Positions 14,156 through 26,280 of a stretch of DNA of 64,000 nt are shown here, in pieces. Location: positions 52,888,001-52,952,000 of the forward strand of contig NC_086108.1 of the NCBI RefSeq assembly GCF_963921235.1, in the 5' to 3' direction. Position 1 is the first letter of the stretch, and each line of letters begins with the position of its first letter. The stretch is from Mobula hypostoma. Taxonomy: Eukaryota. Under the pieces are notes generated by a model that ran no database searches, was not told where the DNA came from, and saw only the letters and a list, made by a program, of their open reading frames with translations. Both the position numbers and the translations under genes were made by a program.

Positions 14156-14854
14156 ATGCCACTTAAATCCAGGGGAAAGTTGCTTTTTATTATTTACTCA
14201 TTCTTCAGATCTGGGTTTTACAAGCAAGACTGGCATTTACAGCCCATCATTAATTGTCCTTAAGAACATAATGGTGAGCAATCTTCATGAATCAATCCAG
14301 TTCTTCTGTTGGTCCTAGCTATAGACTTGGTGCAGAATAGTACTTTGTCCCAGCTTTATCAATTTACTCCAACCTCAGAAGAACTTATACCTTTCACTGG
14401 AATTAGTGGTATAATCACAAGGACAGAGTTAAAAACAGGTAATCAAAAGTAAAAAATAAAATTATGGAGAAAAGGAAAGGATGAACAAGAAAAGCACAGA
14501 AAATGAAAGGAAATATTTATTTAAAAATGCATCTCTACCCTATAAATATCCCTCTCCATTAAAACCCAAATATAATAAAATATGTTTCCTTAATGAAATG
14601 TCATCAGATTCAATATCTAATCTTTGCAATAATTTTCCACCATTTTTCTTCCTGCCTTGCTGTAAAATACTCACAGCTTTGTTTGACCGTCTGCTGCAGG
14701 ATCATGTGAACTGTAAAATGTAGCCTATCCTCTTTTAGGTCAATTAGTCCATCCAACCCAACCTCATGCTCACATTGCAGCTAACACAGAAATACCCTTG
14801 GAAGGGGTCATCCAAGTGGGGTCTCTGCTGATGACCCAACAGACCACTGCAAAG

Positions 14855-15605
14855 CAGTTTGACAGGCCATATCAGCATTTGTAATGTTGAGAAATATGAG
14901 TGTTACATTTTGGTAGGAAGAACGAAAAACCATATCAACTAGTAGTACGATTCTTAAAAAGATACAAGAGCAGAGAGATCTAGGAGTATATGTGCACAGT
15001 TCATGTGGTTAAAGTGGTTAGAAAGCATTTGTGCTTTATAACCGGAGGCATAAAGTACATGAGCAAAGAAGTCACAATTAAAATTTACAAAATACTAGTT
15101 TAGCCATAACTTGAGAATTCTGTCTATTGTGGAAAAGATGCGTAAAAAAAAATCACCAAAATAATTCTAGGGATGAAGGAATTTAGTTATGTAGATAAAC
15201 TGGGGAAGTTAGTGTTTTCCTTGGAATAAAGTTGCAAGGAGATTTAATAGAGACATTTATAACAATAAAGTGTATAGACAGAGGAGATGGAGTGAAACTG
15301 TTCCCACTGATGTAGCAGTCAAGAAGCAAGGAATGTAGAATGAAGATGACCGGCAAAAGCACCAGACGTGACACAATAGTTTTTTTTACATGGAGTGGTT
15401 AAGGTCTTGAATGGATTGTTAAGATTAGTAATGGTGGTAGCTTTAATAACAATCTTCAAAAGAGAGCTGAATAAACATCTGAAAGTAAATAATCGTAGAA
15501 TCCTAGGAAAGAATGAGTGTGGCATTAGTTGCATTGCATCGCACAGAGACCAATGAAACTTCACCGTCCGAATGGCCTTCTTCTGAGATGTAATCTGCTC
15601 TAATT
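14855..15605 (+). mobile_element. Decayed CR1 3' fragment
   Basis: gagcagagagatctaggagtatatgtgcac (EQRDLGVYVH), ggagatttaatagagacatttata (GDLIETF), tail ccgaatggccttcttctg. Confidence 0.8.
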
Positions 15606-15659
15606 CCATTTACAAATTTGCAGATAACATCAATCTGGAGGCTCAAATCTCAAATAACA

Positions 15660-16340
15660 ATGAGTCAGAGTACTCGAAGGAGATAGAGAGCATAGTAACA
15701 TGATGTCATAACAACAGCCTTCCCCAACCTCACCCCATGTCAGGCAAGCAAAAGAGCTGACACTAAAGGGGAAAGGTGGAGCGATGCACATCCTTCTGCT
15801 ACATCTCGGGAGGGTGGAAAACTTCCAAGTTCTGAGGAGTGAATATTATCAAAAGTCTGACCTGGTCCAACCATGTAGACATCATGGTCAAGAAAATGCA
15901 TCAACACCTCTACTTCCTTAGGCGGTGAAAGAAATTTGGCATGTCTCCTTTGAACTGCACCAATTTTTATCGATGCACCATAGAAAGCACCCCTTGCAGA
16001 TGTATCACAGCTTGGTGTGGCATCTGCTGTGTCCGTGACCGCAGGAAATTGGAGCGAGTTTTGGACCTAGCTCAATACATCATGGAAGGTAGCCTCTCCT
16101 TCACGGGCTTGTGGCCTCCATAAAGCAGCTCAGTATAATTAAAGACCGCACCCACTCCAGAATTCTCTCTTCTCCTCCTCCTCTTTGGGCAGAAGGTACA
16201 AAAGCCTGAAAGCACATACCACAAGGCTCAAGAACATCTTCTATCCTGCAATTATAAGATAATGGTTCCCTAGTATGTTAAGATGGACTCTTGACCTCAC
16301 AATCGCCTGATTATGGCCTTGCATCTTATTGTCCACCTGC
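15660..16340 (+). mobile_element. Decayed Rex1/Babar LINE 3' fragment
   Basis: ORF 15941-16123 NFYRCTIES..CITAWCG..DRRKLERV is the Rex1 post-RT motif; also aagaccgcacccactcc (DPTHP-like). Confidence 0.85.
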
Positions 16341-18106
16341 CCCTCACACCCTCATAACTTTAATGTACATAAACATGGCATTGTACTTGGAATTCACTGT
16401 ATTCAGGATGCTGGCATTCCACTTCTCTGTTATCTTTACTACCAAAATTTTCATTGATATCTTCCCCAAGAAACTTTAACTTTCTTTGGAGTTGCTTCTA
16501 TAGTAGAAACACTATTTACACAAGTTAGGATTTTACCACACATCTGAGTGAGTGACATCCAGATATAGCAGGGACAGTCCTAACAAAACTCCTGATTTTT
16601 TGTGATGAATCATTTTTAGAATGCAATTTTTATTGCCAGATTTTTGACTGAATGTTGTACAAGGATATTACTGAACAATGACAAATCTAACAGTATGCCT
16701 TGATGCTCCAATAGAATTATGCATCAATAGTATTCTGTATTTGAAGGAGTTTTTCCTTCTCCTAATTTTCTTCTCACTTCACCTATATTATTTGTTGATG
16801 CAGAAATGTTACTCTGCAATCATTATAGCCCTGATACACATCTGGGATCAGCCCCTTCGATGACTGATGAGAAGCTTTACGCGCGCGTTTTCCCCGTTGA
16901 AACAAATGATAGAGAAATGCAGCATTTAAAGCAAAGTTGAACGCCTCATAAGAACTAAGTTTAGATTGCTTATCGTCACTTAGGCGGCTACCCAGGATAT
17001 CAGCATTTGACTGAACACAGCAGAAAAAGTGAATCTATTTATAGATTGGCCACTGACTTCTTGAAATGCCTCCAATCAATGGAATTTAAAAAAAAAAGTG
17101 GAAATGGGCCTTGCTTACACAAAGTTTTTCTCTGATTACACTAACTGCCTGAAGAAATACTTCTCAAAGGAAATCAAGATGAATGAGCAATTACATAGCA
17201 AACCTTTTCTCTTATAGTTCTTTTTTTCATTTTTTGAGCTTCTCAAGGCAAACACAGCTTAATTCAATGTTGTATCTTACCTACTTCGTTTCTCCCAATC
17301 ATCTATTCCACACCATACCACGAGAGCATTAAACACCAGTTCTGTGTAGAATTCCACTTCTTGGGGATAGATGAATAGATAAACATTTGAACTCACTGTT
17401 GCTGTGTAAGGCATTGGTCTGACCCCATCTGGAAGAACTGCTGGCAGTCCTGGTCAACTAACAGCAGGGAGGATATTGTTGCTCTTGAGAGGGCATGGAG
17501 CGAACAACCAGTTTGATTACAGGTCTCAGATACTGAACTTTAGAGAAACGGTGAAGAAAGTTGTGTTTATTCTCTTCTGGGAAAAAAGAGACTGAAATGA
17601 ACTCACAGAACTTCTCAGGGTTATAAAGTTCAGTTGTTATTTCTATGCTGAAGATTTCATACACCAGTAGGGACAGCTGAAAAATAAAGGACAGCTCAGC
17701 ATAAGATATATACTTGTGTTTTTACACAATTCCAGAAAGTTGCCAGTGAAGTTAGTGGAAGAGAATGCTATAATTGAATATAAAAGGGAATTAGATATGT
17801 GTTTATGGATGTACATATTGTTACTATGTGCTTTTACAGGGAAACAATAACTATGTTTAAAGCAATACTAAGGATGATGTAAGCACTGGGACTGATCTTG
17901 GGAGGACAATTGGATGCTTGGGAACAATGCATTTTAAGTTGATGCACTCCCATAATGAGCTCATGCCAAGAGCAACATAGCTCTGCCTTGCTCTTCCTAA
18001 TCACCCACAGAGCCTGATTATCCTTTATACTCCCCTGTCATATTAACATACAAATTAGGAGCAGAATTACACCACTTGGTCCCTCAGGCCAGTTCTGCCA
18101 TTTGTT

Positions 18107-20428
18107 AAGATTGTGGGTGATCTAACCGTAACCTAAACGAATATGCCACCGTTGTCGTGGACTTTATAAAAACAGTCATAGACAAGTATGCCCTCACAAA
18201 ACTATCCACAATCTTCCTGAAGCCCTGGATAAACCATGAGATCTGCAGTTTGCTGAGGGCCAGATCAGTGGTGTTCAAATCTGGTGACCAAGTAAAATAC
18301 CAGAGGTTCAGGAACGACCTCCAGAAAGCTATCTCATATGCAAAGTGGCAATTCCGGACCAAATTTGAATCACTGAAGGCAGCTCGGCTGCTGTGGGAAG
18401 GCTTGAATGCTGTCACCTCCTACAAAGTGAAACCAAGCGATATATAAGTGAAAACAAGGCTTTGCACCCAGGTGAATTCAATGCCTTCTTTGCTCACTTT
18501 GACAACCAAAAATGGAGGCACTTTCATGAACTCCTACAGCCACTGATGACCCTGTAATTTCGGTCTCTAATGCCAACCTTCAGGAGAGTTGACTCACAGA
18601 AAGCATCCAGCTGAGTCGGGGTCCCTGGCCGAGTGCTAAAGACCCATGCAGATCAACGAGCTGGAATGTTCACTGATATCTTGAACCTCTCACTTTGGCA
18701 GTCTGAGGTAGCCACCTGCTTTAAGCAAGCTTCAATTATAATGGAGCCTAAGAAGGATGTGATAACTTGCCTCACTGATTATCATCCAGTAGAACTTACA
18801 TCCACTGTGATAAAGTGCTTTGAAAGGTTGGTGATGAAACATCTCATTTCCTGCTTGTGCTTGAGAAATGACTTGGATCTGCACCAGTTTGTCTACGGTA
18901 ACATTAGGTCAACAGCAGATGCCATTTCAATGGCTCTTCACATAACCCCCGGAACGTCTGGACAGTGAAGATGCAGACATCAGGATGCTCTTCATTGACT
19001 CCAACTTGGCATTCAATACTATCATCCACTCAAAAGTAACCAATAAGCTTCAAGACCTTGGCCTCAGTATCTCCCTGTTCAACTGAATCCTCAATTTCCT
19101 CACTTGCAGACCCCAGTCAGTTCAGATCAGCAACAACATCTCCTCTACAATCACCATGAGCACAGGTGTACCACAAGGCTCTATGTTCAGCCCCCTGCTC
19201 TACTTGCTTAATACTTATGACTGTGAGGCTAAATACAGCCCCAATGCCATATTTAAGTTTGCTGACAACACCACTGCCATTGGCCGAATCAAAGGTGGTG
19301 ACGAATCAGCGTAGGAGAACGAGATTGAAAATCTGGATGAGTGGTGTCACGACCGCAACTTCTCACTCAATGTCGGCAAGACCAAGGAGCTGATTATTGA
19401 GTTCAGGAGGAGGAAACAGGAGGTCCATGAGCAAATCCTCACTCGGTGGAGAGGGTCAGCAATTCTGAAGTCTTTGGTGTTATCATTTTGGATGATCTGT
19501 CTTGGGTCCAGCAAACAAGTGCTATTACGATAAAAGCACAGAAGCGCCTCTACTTTCTTAAATGTTTGCGAAGATTTGGCATGCCATCCAAAACTTTGAC
19601 AAACTTCTATAAATATGTGGTGAAGAGTATATTAACTGGTTGCATCATGGCCTGGTATGGAAACACCAATGCCCTTGAACTGAAAAAACTATAAAATGTA
19701 GTGGATATAGCCTGGTCCATCATGGGTAAAGCCTCCCCACCACTGAGCACATCTACATGGAGCGCTGTCGCAGGAAAGTGGCATCCATCATCCAGGACCC
19801 CCACTATCTAGGCCATGCTCTCTTCTCGCTGCTGTCATCAGGAAGGACGTACAGGAGCTTCAGGACCCACGCCACCAGGTTCAGGAACAGTTATTTCCCC
19901 TCAACCATCAGGTTCTTGAACCAGTGCAGATGACTTTTCTCAACAACACTCACCCCATCACTGAACTGTTCCCACAACAGATGGACTCACTTTAAGGACT
20001 CTTTAGCTCATGTTCTCAATATTTATTGTTTATTTATTATTATTAATATTTGTTTATTTATTTGTATTTACTGTGAATACCCATACCACCAGGTTAAAGA
20101 AAAGTTATTAACCTTCAAACATCAGGCTCCAGAAGCAACAAAGATAACTTAACTCATCTCAACACTGAACTGATTCCAAAACCTATGGACTCACTTTCAA
20201 GTACTTTACAACTCATGTTCTCAATATTGTTTATTACTTATTTAGTTATTATTACTTTGTATTGTCTTCTTCTGCACATTGGTTGTTTGCCTGTCTTTGT
20301 GTGTAGTGTTTCAATAATTCTATTGTGTTTACTGTGAATGCCTGCAAGAAGAACTATCTCAGGGTTGTATATGGTGACATATTCATAATTTGATAATAAA
20401 TTTACTTTTAACTTTGAACTTGAACTTT
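18107..20428 (+). mobile_element. Rex1/Babar LINE, 5'-truncated, frameshifted, with a second diverged copy of the 3' end (about 20083-20428)
   Basis: ORFs KPWINHEICSLLRAR; CLTDYHPVELTSTVIKCFERLV; STADAIS; AQKRLYFLKCLRRFG..LTNFYK..SILTGCIMAWYGN; tail aataaatttacttttaactttgaacttgaacttt. Confidence 0.93.
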
Positions 20429-20677
20429 GTGGCTAGACCATCAATGAAGGATTAATTTGAATGCGATACTAATAAACACAACCTCAAACTCTTGTTCACT
20501 AAGAGTCCAGTTGCCAACCTGCTTTGACTGATCATCATACATTTCACTTGCTCACAATGCACAATTAAAACCCAACACAAAGAACACATTTTCAACCAAA
20601 TTTATCAATATATTCTTGTCATATTGCCTACATTTTGTTAACACTTTCTTCAATGTATCTTTGCTCTCTAGTGCTTA

Positions 20678-21045
20678 GCCATCTTCTTGGGCAGTCCCTT
20701 GACTTCAGATTTACTTCCATTTTAGTTTTGTTAGCTTTGAGTTAGCTGGTGAAGCCAACGAGGGACCACAGACTCTTTGACAGATAGTCTTGCAGGCTGG
20801 GCAGGTGATCATTTGTGGTGTGTTCCTTCTACCGCTGAAGGAGGTTTTCTGGGTGCTCCTTATAAATGGCCCCAGGGTTCCCAATGTTCTTTATTCTCTT
20901 CGAGAGGTCATGAATTCCATGAGCTGGATTGCTGTACTTCTTCAGGGAGATTTTGAGCATATTTACAAAACTTTCCTTTGCCTAGTCATCTCCTTCCACA
21001 ATAGAGCTTTAAATAAAGTGTGTTTGGGGAGGTTGGTGACACTCA
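20678..21045 (-). mobile_element. Old RTE-clade LINE 3' end (decayed)
   Basis: Minus reads gagtctgtggtccctcgttggcttcaccagc...ggaagtaaatctgaagtcaagggactgcccaagaagatg, resembling the RTE C-terminal C..IGL.SH motif and short 3' UTR; recognised from memory only. Confidence 0.5.
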
Positions 21046-21049
21046 TGCA

Positions 21050-22519
21050 AATTACCGGACCGGATGGAATTCCAGGGCGGGTACTCAGGATATACATGGC
21101 ACAACTGGCAGGTGTGTTTACAGACATTTTTAATCTCTCCCTCTCCCAGTGTAGAGAGCCCTCCTGCTTCAAAACATCCACCATTGTCCCTGTAACTAAA
21201 AAGACCAAGGTAACATGTCTGAATGACTGGTGTCCTGCTGCACTCACCTCAATAATAAACAAATGCTTTGAGAGGCTGGTCAAGGACTACATCTGCAGCT
21301 TGCTGCCACCCACACTGGACCCCCTACAATTCGCCGACTGACACAACCGATTAACAGACGACGCAATAGTCACAGCTCTATGTACCGTCCTTTCATATCT
21401 GGAGAAGAAGGATGCTTATGTGAGAATGCTGTTCTTCGACTACAGTTCAGCATTCAACACCATAGTTCCATCCAGGCTTGACAAGAAGTTCAGAGACCCT
21501 CAGCCTTCACCTTGCTTTGTGCAGCTGGATCCTGGACTTCCTGTCAGATCGCTGGCAGGTGGTAAGAGTGGGCTCCCTCACCTCTGCCCCTCTGACCCTC
21601 AACATAGGTGCCCATCAGGGCTGTGTCCTAAGCCCCCTCCTTCACTCTCTGTATACCCATGACTGTGTTGCTACCTACAGCTCCAATTTGCTAATTAAAT
21701 TTGCTGATGATACTACATTGATTGGCCTAATCTCAAATAATAACAAGGCAGCCTACAGAGAAGAAGTCATCACACTGACACAGTGGTGTCAAGAAAACAA
21801 CCTCTTCCTCGATGTCGCAAAAACAAAGGAGCTGATTGTGGACTACAGGAGGAATGGAGACAGGCAAACCCCTATAGACATCAATGGATCTGGAGTTGAG
21901 AGGGTGAACAGCTTCAAGTTCCTCGACATACACATCACCGAGGAATCTCACGTGGTCTGTACATACAGGCTGTGTAGTGAAAAAAGCACAACAGCGCCTA
22001 AGATGGTAAAAGAAGTTTGGTATGGGCCCCCAAATCCTAAGAACTTTCTACAGGGGCACAATTGAGAGCATCCTGATTGGCTGCATCACTGCCTGCTATG
22101 GGAACTCTATTTCCCTCAATCGCAGGATTCTGCAGAGAGTGGTGTAGACAGCCCAGCGCATCTGTAGATGTGAACTTCCACCTATTTAGGACATTTACAA
22201 AGTCGGGTGTGTAAAAAGGGCCTGAAGGATCATTGCGGGCCCGAGTCACCCCAACCACAAACTGTTCCAGCTGCTACCACCCGGGAAACGGTACCGCAGC
22301 ATAAAATCCAGGACCAACAGGCTCCGGGACAGCTTCTTCCACCAGGCCATCAAACTGCTTAATTCATGTTGATACAATTGTATTTCTATGTTATATTGCA
22401 CATACTATTTATTATAAAGTACCATAAATTCCACATTGCACATTTAGACGAGATGTAACGTAAAGATTTTTACTCCTCATGTATATGAAGGATATAAGTA
22501 ATAAAGTCAATTCAATTCA
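21050..22519 (+). mobile_element. Rex1/Babar LINE, RT domain plus 3' end, 5'-truncated (second subfamily)
   Basis: [10 protein letters not shown]...[63 protein letters not shown]; ends aataaagtcaattcaattca. Confidence 0.95.
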
Positions 22520-22679
22520 CCCAAAGTAACCGACTGAGTATAATTAGTGATTCATTGCAAGGGATTTTAGCCTTGACAAGGACACAGATGATAGCTTTCC
22601 TTCTCGTGAATTTGAAGAATTATGCAAATACTTCATTGGTAATCATAAAGTCATCAAGTTATGCAGCACAAAAAGAAGT

Positions 22680-22933
22680 GTTGGAGGTTGGAGTTCAGAG
22701 TTCAATTCCAACACCATCTGTAAGAAGTTTGTACATCCTTCTCATGAAGATCGTGAGTTTCCTCCAGGTGCTCTGGTTTCCTCCCATATTAAGACATACT
22801 GGTCAGTAGGTTAATTGGTCACTGCAATTTGTCCTGTGATTAAGCTAGGATTAAATAGATGGGTCGCTGAGTGGTGTAGCTTGCTGTGCTGGAAGGGCCT
22901 GTTCTGCACTGTATCTTCAGCTAAAAATAAAAT
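22680..22933 (+). mobile_element. V-SINE inserted in a minus-strand CR1 tail (about 22645-23340)
   Basis: B box gagttcaattcc; V-domain gagtttcctccaggtgctctggtttcctccca; tail ggaagggcctgttctgcactgtatct. Confidence 0.85.
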
Positions 22934-24064
22934 GCCTACTAAACTGTCTGCCTGAGCTCGTCCATTTACCTGTTTATGGCCCTTATCCATCTAAACCTTT
23001 CCTAACTGTGTATCTGTCTTAATTCCTTCAAACATTGTAATTGTACCTGCCTCTATCAGTTTCTCTGACATCTCATTCTGTATACCCAGCACTCTTAAAT
23101 GAAAAGGTTGCAAATCAGGTCCATTTAACTCTTTCTATCCTCACCTCAAGCATGTGCCCCTCTTGTTTTAGAACCCCCCCCCATCTTAGTCAAAAGACTG
23201 TGACCATTCTCCTTATCTGTGATTCTCATTATTTTTATACACCTCTCCAAGGTCACCCCTCAATCTCCTTCGCTCCCAAGGAAAAGAGCCCCATCCTAAT
23301 CAGTATCACCTTATAAGTCAAGCCTCCATTACTGGTTTCATCTTTCCAGCTTCTGCAGCAGACAGTGCAGGTGTCTGAAGCACAAAGGGGGAGAGGATTA
23401 GTGAGGTCAGTAGACCATGAGATTTGTGCCTGGTTTGAGGTTTTGATCTTCAAATTCCCTTTTTGTCATCAAACAAGATAGTGCAGCCACATTGAAGGCT
23501 CACTGACTGTTCTGCCCCTCGAAGGGATGGCTGCAGTTAGCATCATCATAACACGGATAACAGCAATCTTAGCCAGCTGGCTGACAGTCAACAGTAAAAT
23601 AAGATTGCAGGTGTTATCCATATTCGTGGTTCATGCTCCATGGGACCCATGTGATTCTGCTGGTGCAGGCCTTCACCAGTCTTAGTCACCTGCTGGAGGA
23701 TAAATTGCTGTTTTGCTGTGAAGGCCTGCAAACCCATTCAAACACCAACCCAGAGTTGTGATGGTGGCTGTGTCAGTGTGCATGATAGCACACTCACCTT
23801 GTAAAGTAGTCGTCTAGGCCTCCACTGTAACACCAAGACCTTGTGCCACAATAGAAGTTGTCATGTCAGTCACCTTGCCCTGATGGTGTCTCTGTATGTC
23901 CCTATAATTTCTATGGTGGAAAGGATGACTGCTTAAAGCTCTGTGCCAATTTGCTGGTTGACTTGGCACAGTCAAGGAAGGACGGCTTTTCAACTGGCTT
24001 CCTGGTGCATGAAACATTTATTTTGTGCTTACCACGTCTGCACCTGACTCTTCGGTAGTGGAGT

Positions 24065-25208
24065 TAGAACATAGAAAACCTACAGCACAACACAGGCCCT
24101 TCGGCCCACAAAGTTGTGCCGAACATGTCCCTACCTTAGCAATTACTAGGGTTACCTATAGCCCTCTATTTTTCTAAGCTCCATGTACCTATCCAAAAAT
24201 CTCTTAAAAGACCCTATCGTATCCGCCTCCACTACCGTTGCCAGCAGCCCATTCCACACATTCACCACTCTTAGCATAAAAAACTTACCCCGACATCTCC
24301 TCTGTACCTACTTCCAAGCACCTTAAACCTGTGCCCTCTTGTGGCAGCCATTTCAGCCCTGGGAGAAAGCCTCTGACTATACACATGATCAATGCCTCTC
24401 ATCATCTTATACACCTCTATCAGGTCACCTCTCATCCTCCGTCGCTCCAAGGAGAAAAGGCCAAGTTCACTCAACCTGTTTTCATAAGGCATGCTCCCCA
24501 ATCCAGGCAACATCCTTGTAAATCTCCTCTGCACCCTTTTTATGGTTTCACATCCTTCCTGTAGTGAGGCGACCAGAACTGAGCACAGTACTCCAAGTGG
24601 GGTCTGACCAGGGTCCTATATAGCTGCAACATTACCTATTGGCTCCTAAATTCAATTCTACGATTGATGAAGGCCAATACACCGTATGCCTTCTTAACCA
24701 CAGAGTCAACCTGCACAGCTGCTTTCAGTGTCCTATGGACTCGGACCCCAAGATCCCTCTGATCCTCCACACTGCCAAGAGTCTTACCATTAATACTATA
24801 TTCTGCCATCATATTTGACCTATCAAAATGAACCACTTCACACTCAACATACATCAAAGTTGCTGGTGAACGCAGCAGGCCAGGCAGCATCTATAGGAAG
24901 CGCAGTCGACGTTTCAGGCCGAGACCCTTCGTCATGTTTCCTATAGATGCTGCCTGGCCTGCTGCGTTCACCAGCAACTTTGATGTATGTTGCTTGAATT
25001 TACAGCATCTGCAGAATTCCTGTTGTTTGCACTTCACACTCATCTGGGTTGAACTCCATCTGCCACTTCTCAGCCCAGTTTTGCATCCTATCAATGTCCC
25101 ATTCTAACCTCTGAGAGCTCTCTACACTATCCACAACACCCCCAATCTTTGTGTCATCAGCAAACTTACTAACCCATCCCTCCACTTCCTCATCCAGGTC
25201 ATTTATAA
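24065..25208 (-). mobile_element. Relatively young CR1 3' fragment, interrupted by a PLE fold-back at 24847-25029
   Basis: WVSKFADDTKIGG..WAEKWQMEFNPDECEV; QRDLGVRVHRTLK; QRRFTRMLPGL..LSELGLFSLERRRMRGDLIEVYK; 3' end (ttctatgttcta on minus) near-identical to 60321-60632. Confidence 0.95.
24847..25029. mobile_element. 183-bp fold-back Penelope-like mini-insertion with 13-bp TSD
   Basis: TSD cacttcacactca at 24834-24846 and 25030-25042; about 54-bp perfect inverted repeat around a truncated hammerhead. Confidence 0.93.
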
Positions 25209-25377
25209 GTTCTTGAGCAGTGTTGCCTTTCAGTGATCTGATAGTTATCCTGTCCTTGTTCCCCGAATGTATTAAGTTACTAGCGACTGGTGTCTCACTG
25301 TGCACAGTCCCTGCTTCTATACAAACTTCTAAGAAATTTACTGCTAGGATCTGAGTTTGTGAATGCAGCCCTGCAAT

Positions 25378-25830
25378 GTCAAAGTTCAAAGTTTAAAGTA
25401 AAATTTATTATCAAAGTACATATATATCACAACCCTGAGACTCATTTTATTGTGGGCATACTCAATAAATCCGTAATAGAATAATAACCGTAATAGAACC
25501 AATGGAAGACCACACCAATTTGGGCGTTCAACCAGTATGCATAAGACAACAAACCATGGAAGTACAAAAAGAAAGAAATATTAAGAAATAAATAATCAAC
25601 AAATATTGAGAACATGATATAAAGAGTCCTTGAAAGTGACTCCATAGGTTCTGGGAACATTTCATTGATGGAGCAGGTGAAGTTATTCCCTTTGGTTCAA
25701 GAGCCTGATGGTTGAGAGGTAATAACTGTTCCTGAGCTGGTGGTGTAAGTCCTGAGCCTCCTGTACCTTCTCACCGATCGCAGCAGCAAGAAGAGAGCAT
25801 GGCCTGGGTGGTGGGGGTCCCTGATGATGG
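25378..25830 (-). mobile_element. Rex1/Babar 3' tail
   Basis: Minus ORF SIIRDPHHPGHALFLLLRSVRRYRRLRT; tail ataataaattttactttaaactttgaactttg. Confidence 0.85.
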
Positions 25831-26089
25831 AGGGCCATTGAATCAAACAGCTCAGAAGCAGACCACAGACTTCATGGTAATCATCATGCATCCAAGTAGA
25901 CTAATCTAATTTTGCTCGCCCACATATTATGTATTTCACCCATATTTTACCAACCTTTGTTCAATAACCCACCAACTTGCCTAACCCATCAATCCACATA
26001 CTTCTGGGGGGGGGGGCGTGGATTTGAGGTATTAACACTGCCACATGCATACTTCAGACAGATCAGGATTGAATTCAGATCACCAGAAA

Positions 26090-26280
26090 ATGAAATACAC
26101 ACAAAATCCTGGAGGAACTCAGCAGGCCAGGCAGCATCTGTCAAAAAGAGGATGAAGGGCCTTGGGCTGAAACATTGACTGTTTACCCTTTTGCATAGAT
26201 GCTGCCTGTCCTGCTGAGTTCCTCCAGCATTCTGTGTGTATTGCTTTGGATATCTAGTGTCTGGAGATTTTCTTGTGCTA
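26090..26280. mobile_element. Fold-back PLE terminal fragment nested in a decayed minus-strand SINE (about 25900-26326)
   Basis: acacacaaaatcctggaggaactcagcaggccaggcagcatct inverted against agatgctgcctgtcctgctgagttcctccagcattctgtgtgt; hammerhead remnant gatgaagggccttgggctgaaacatt; aaaatg on both flanks. Confidence 0.85.

Noticed and set aside
10775..14166. 130-170 aa ORFs such as MRKSSDAGNSS.. and MPLKQKQQEFCRCWK..
   Set aside because: Spurious frames across non-coding PLE pLTR sequence; they recur wherever the repeat occurs.
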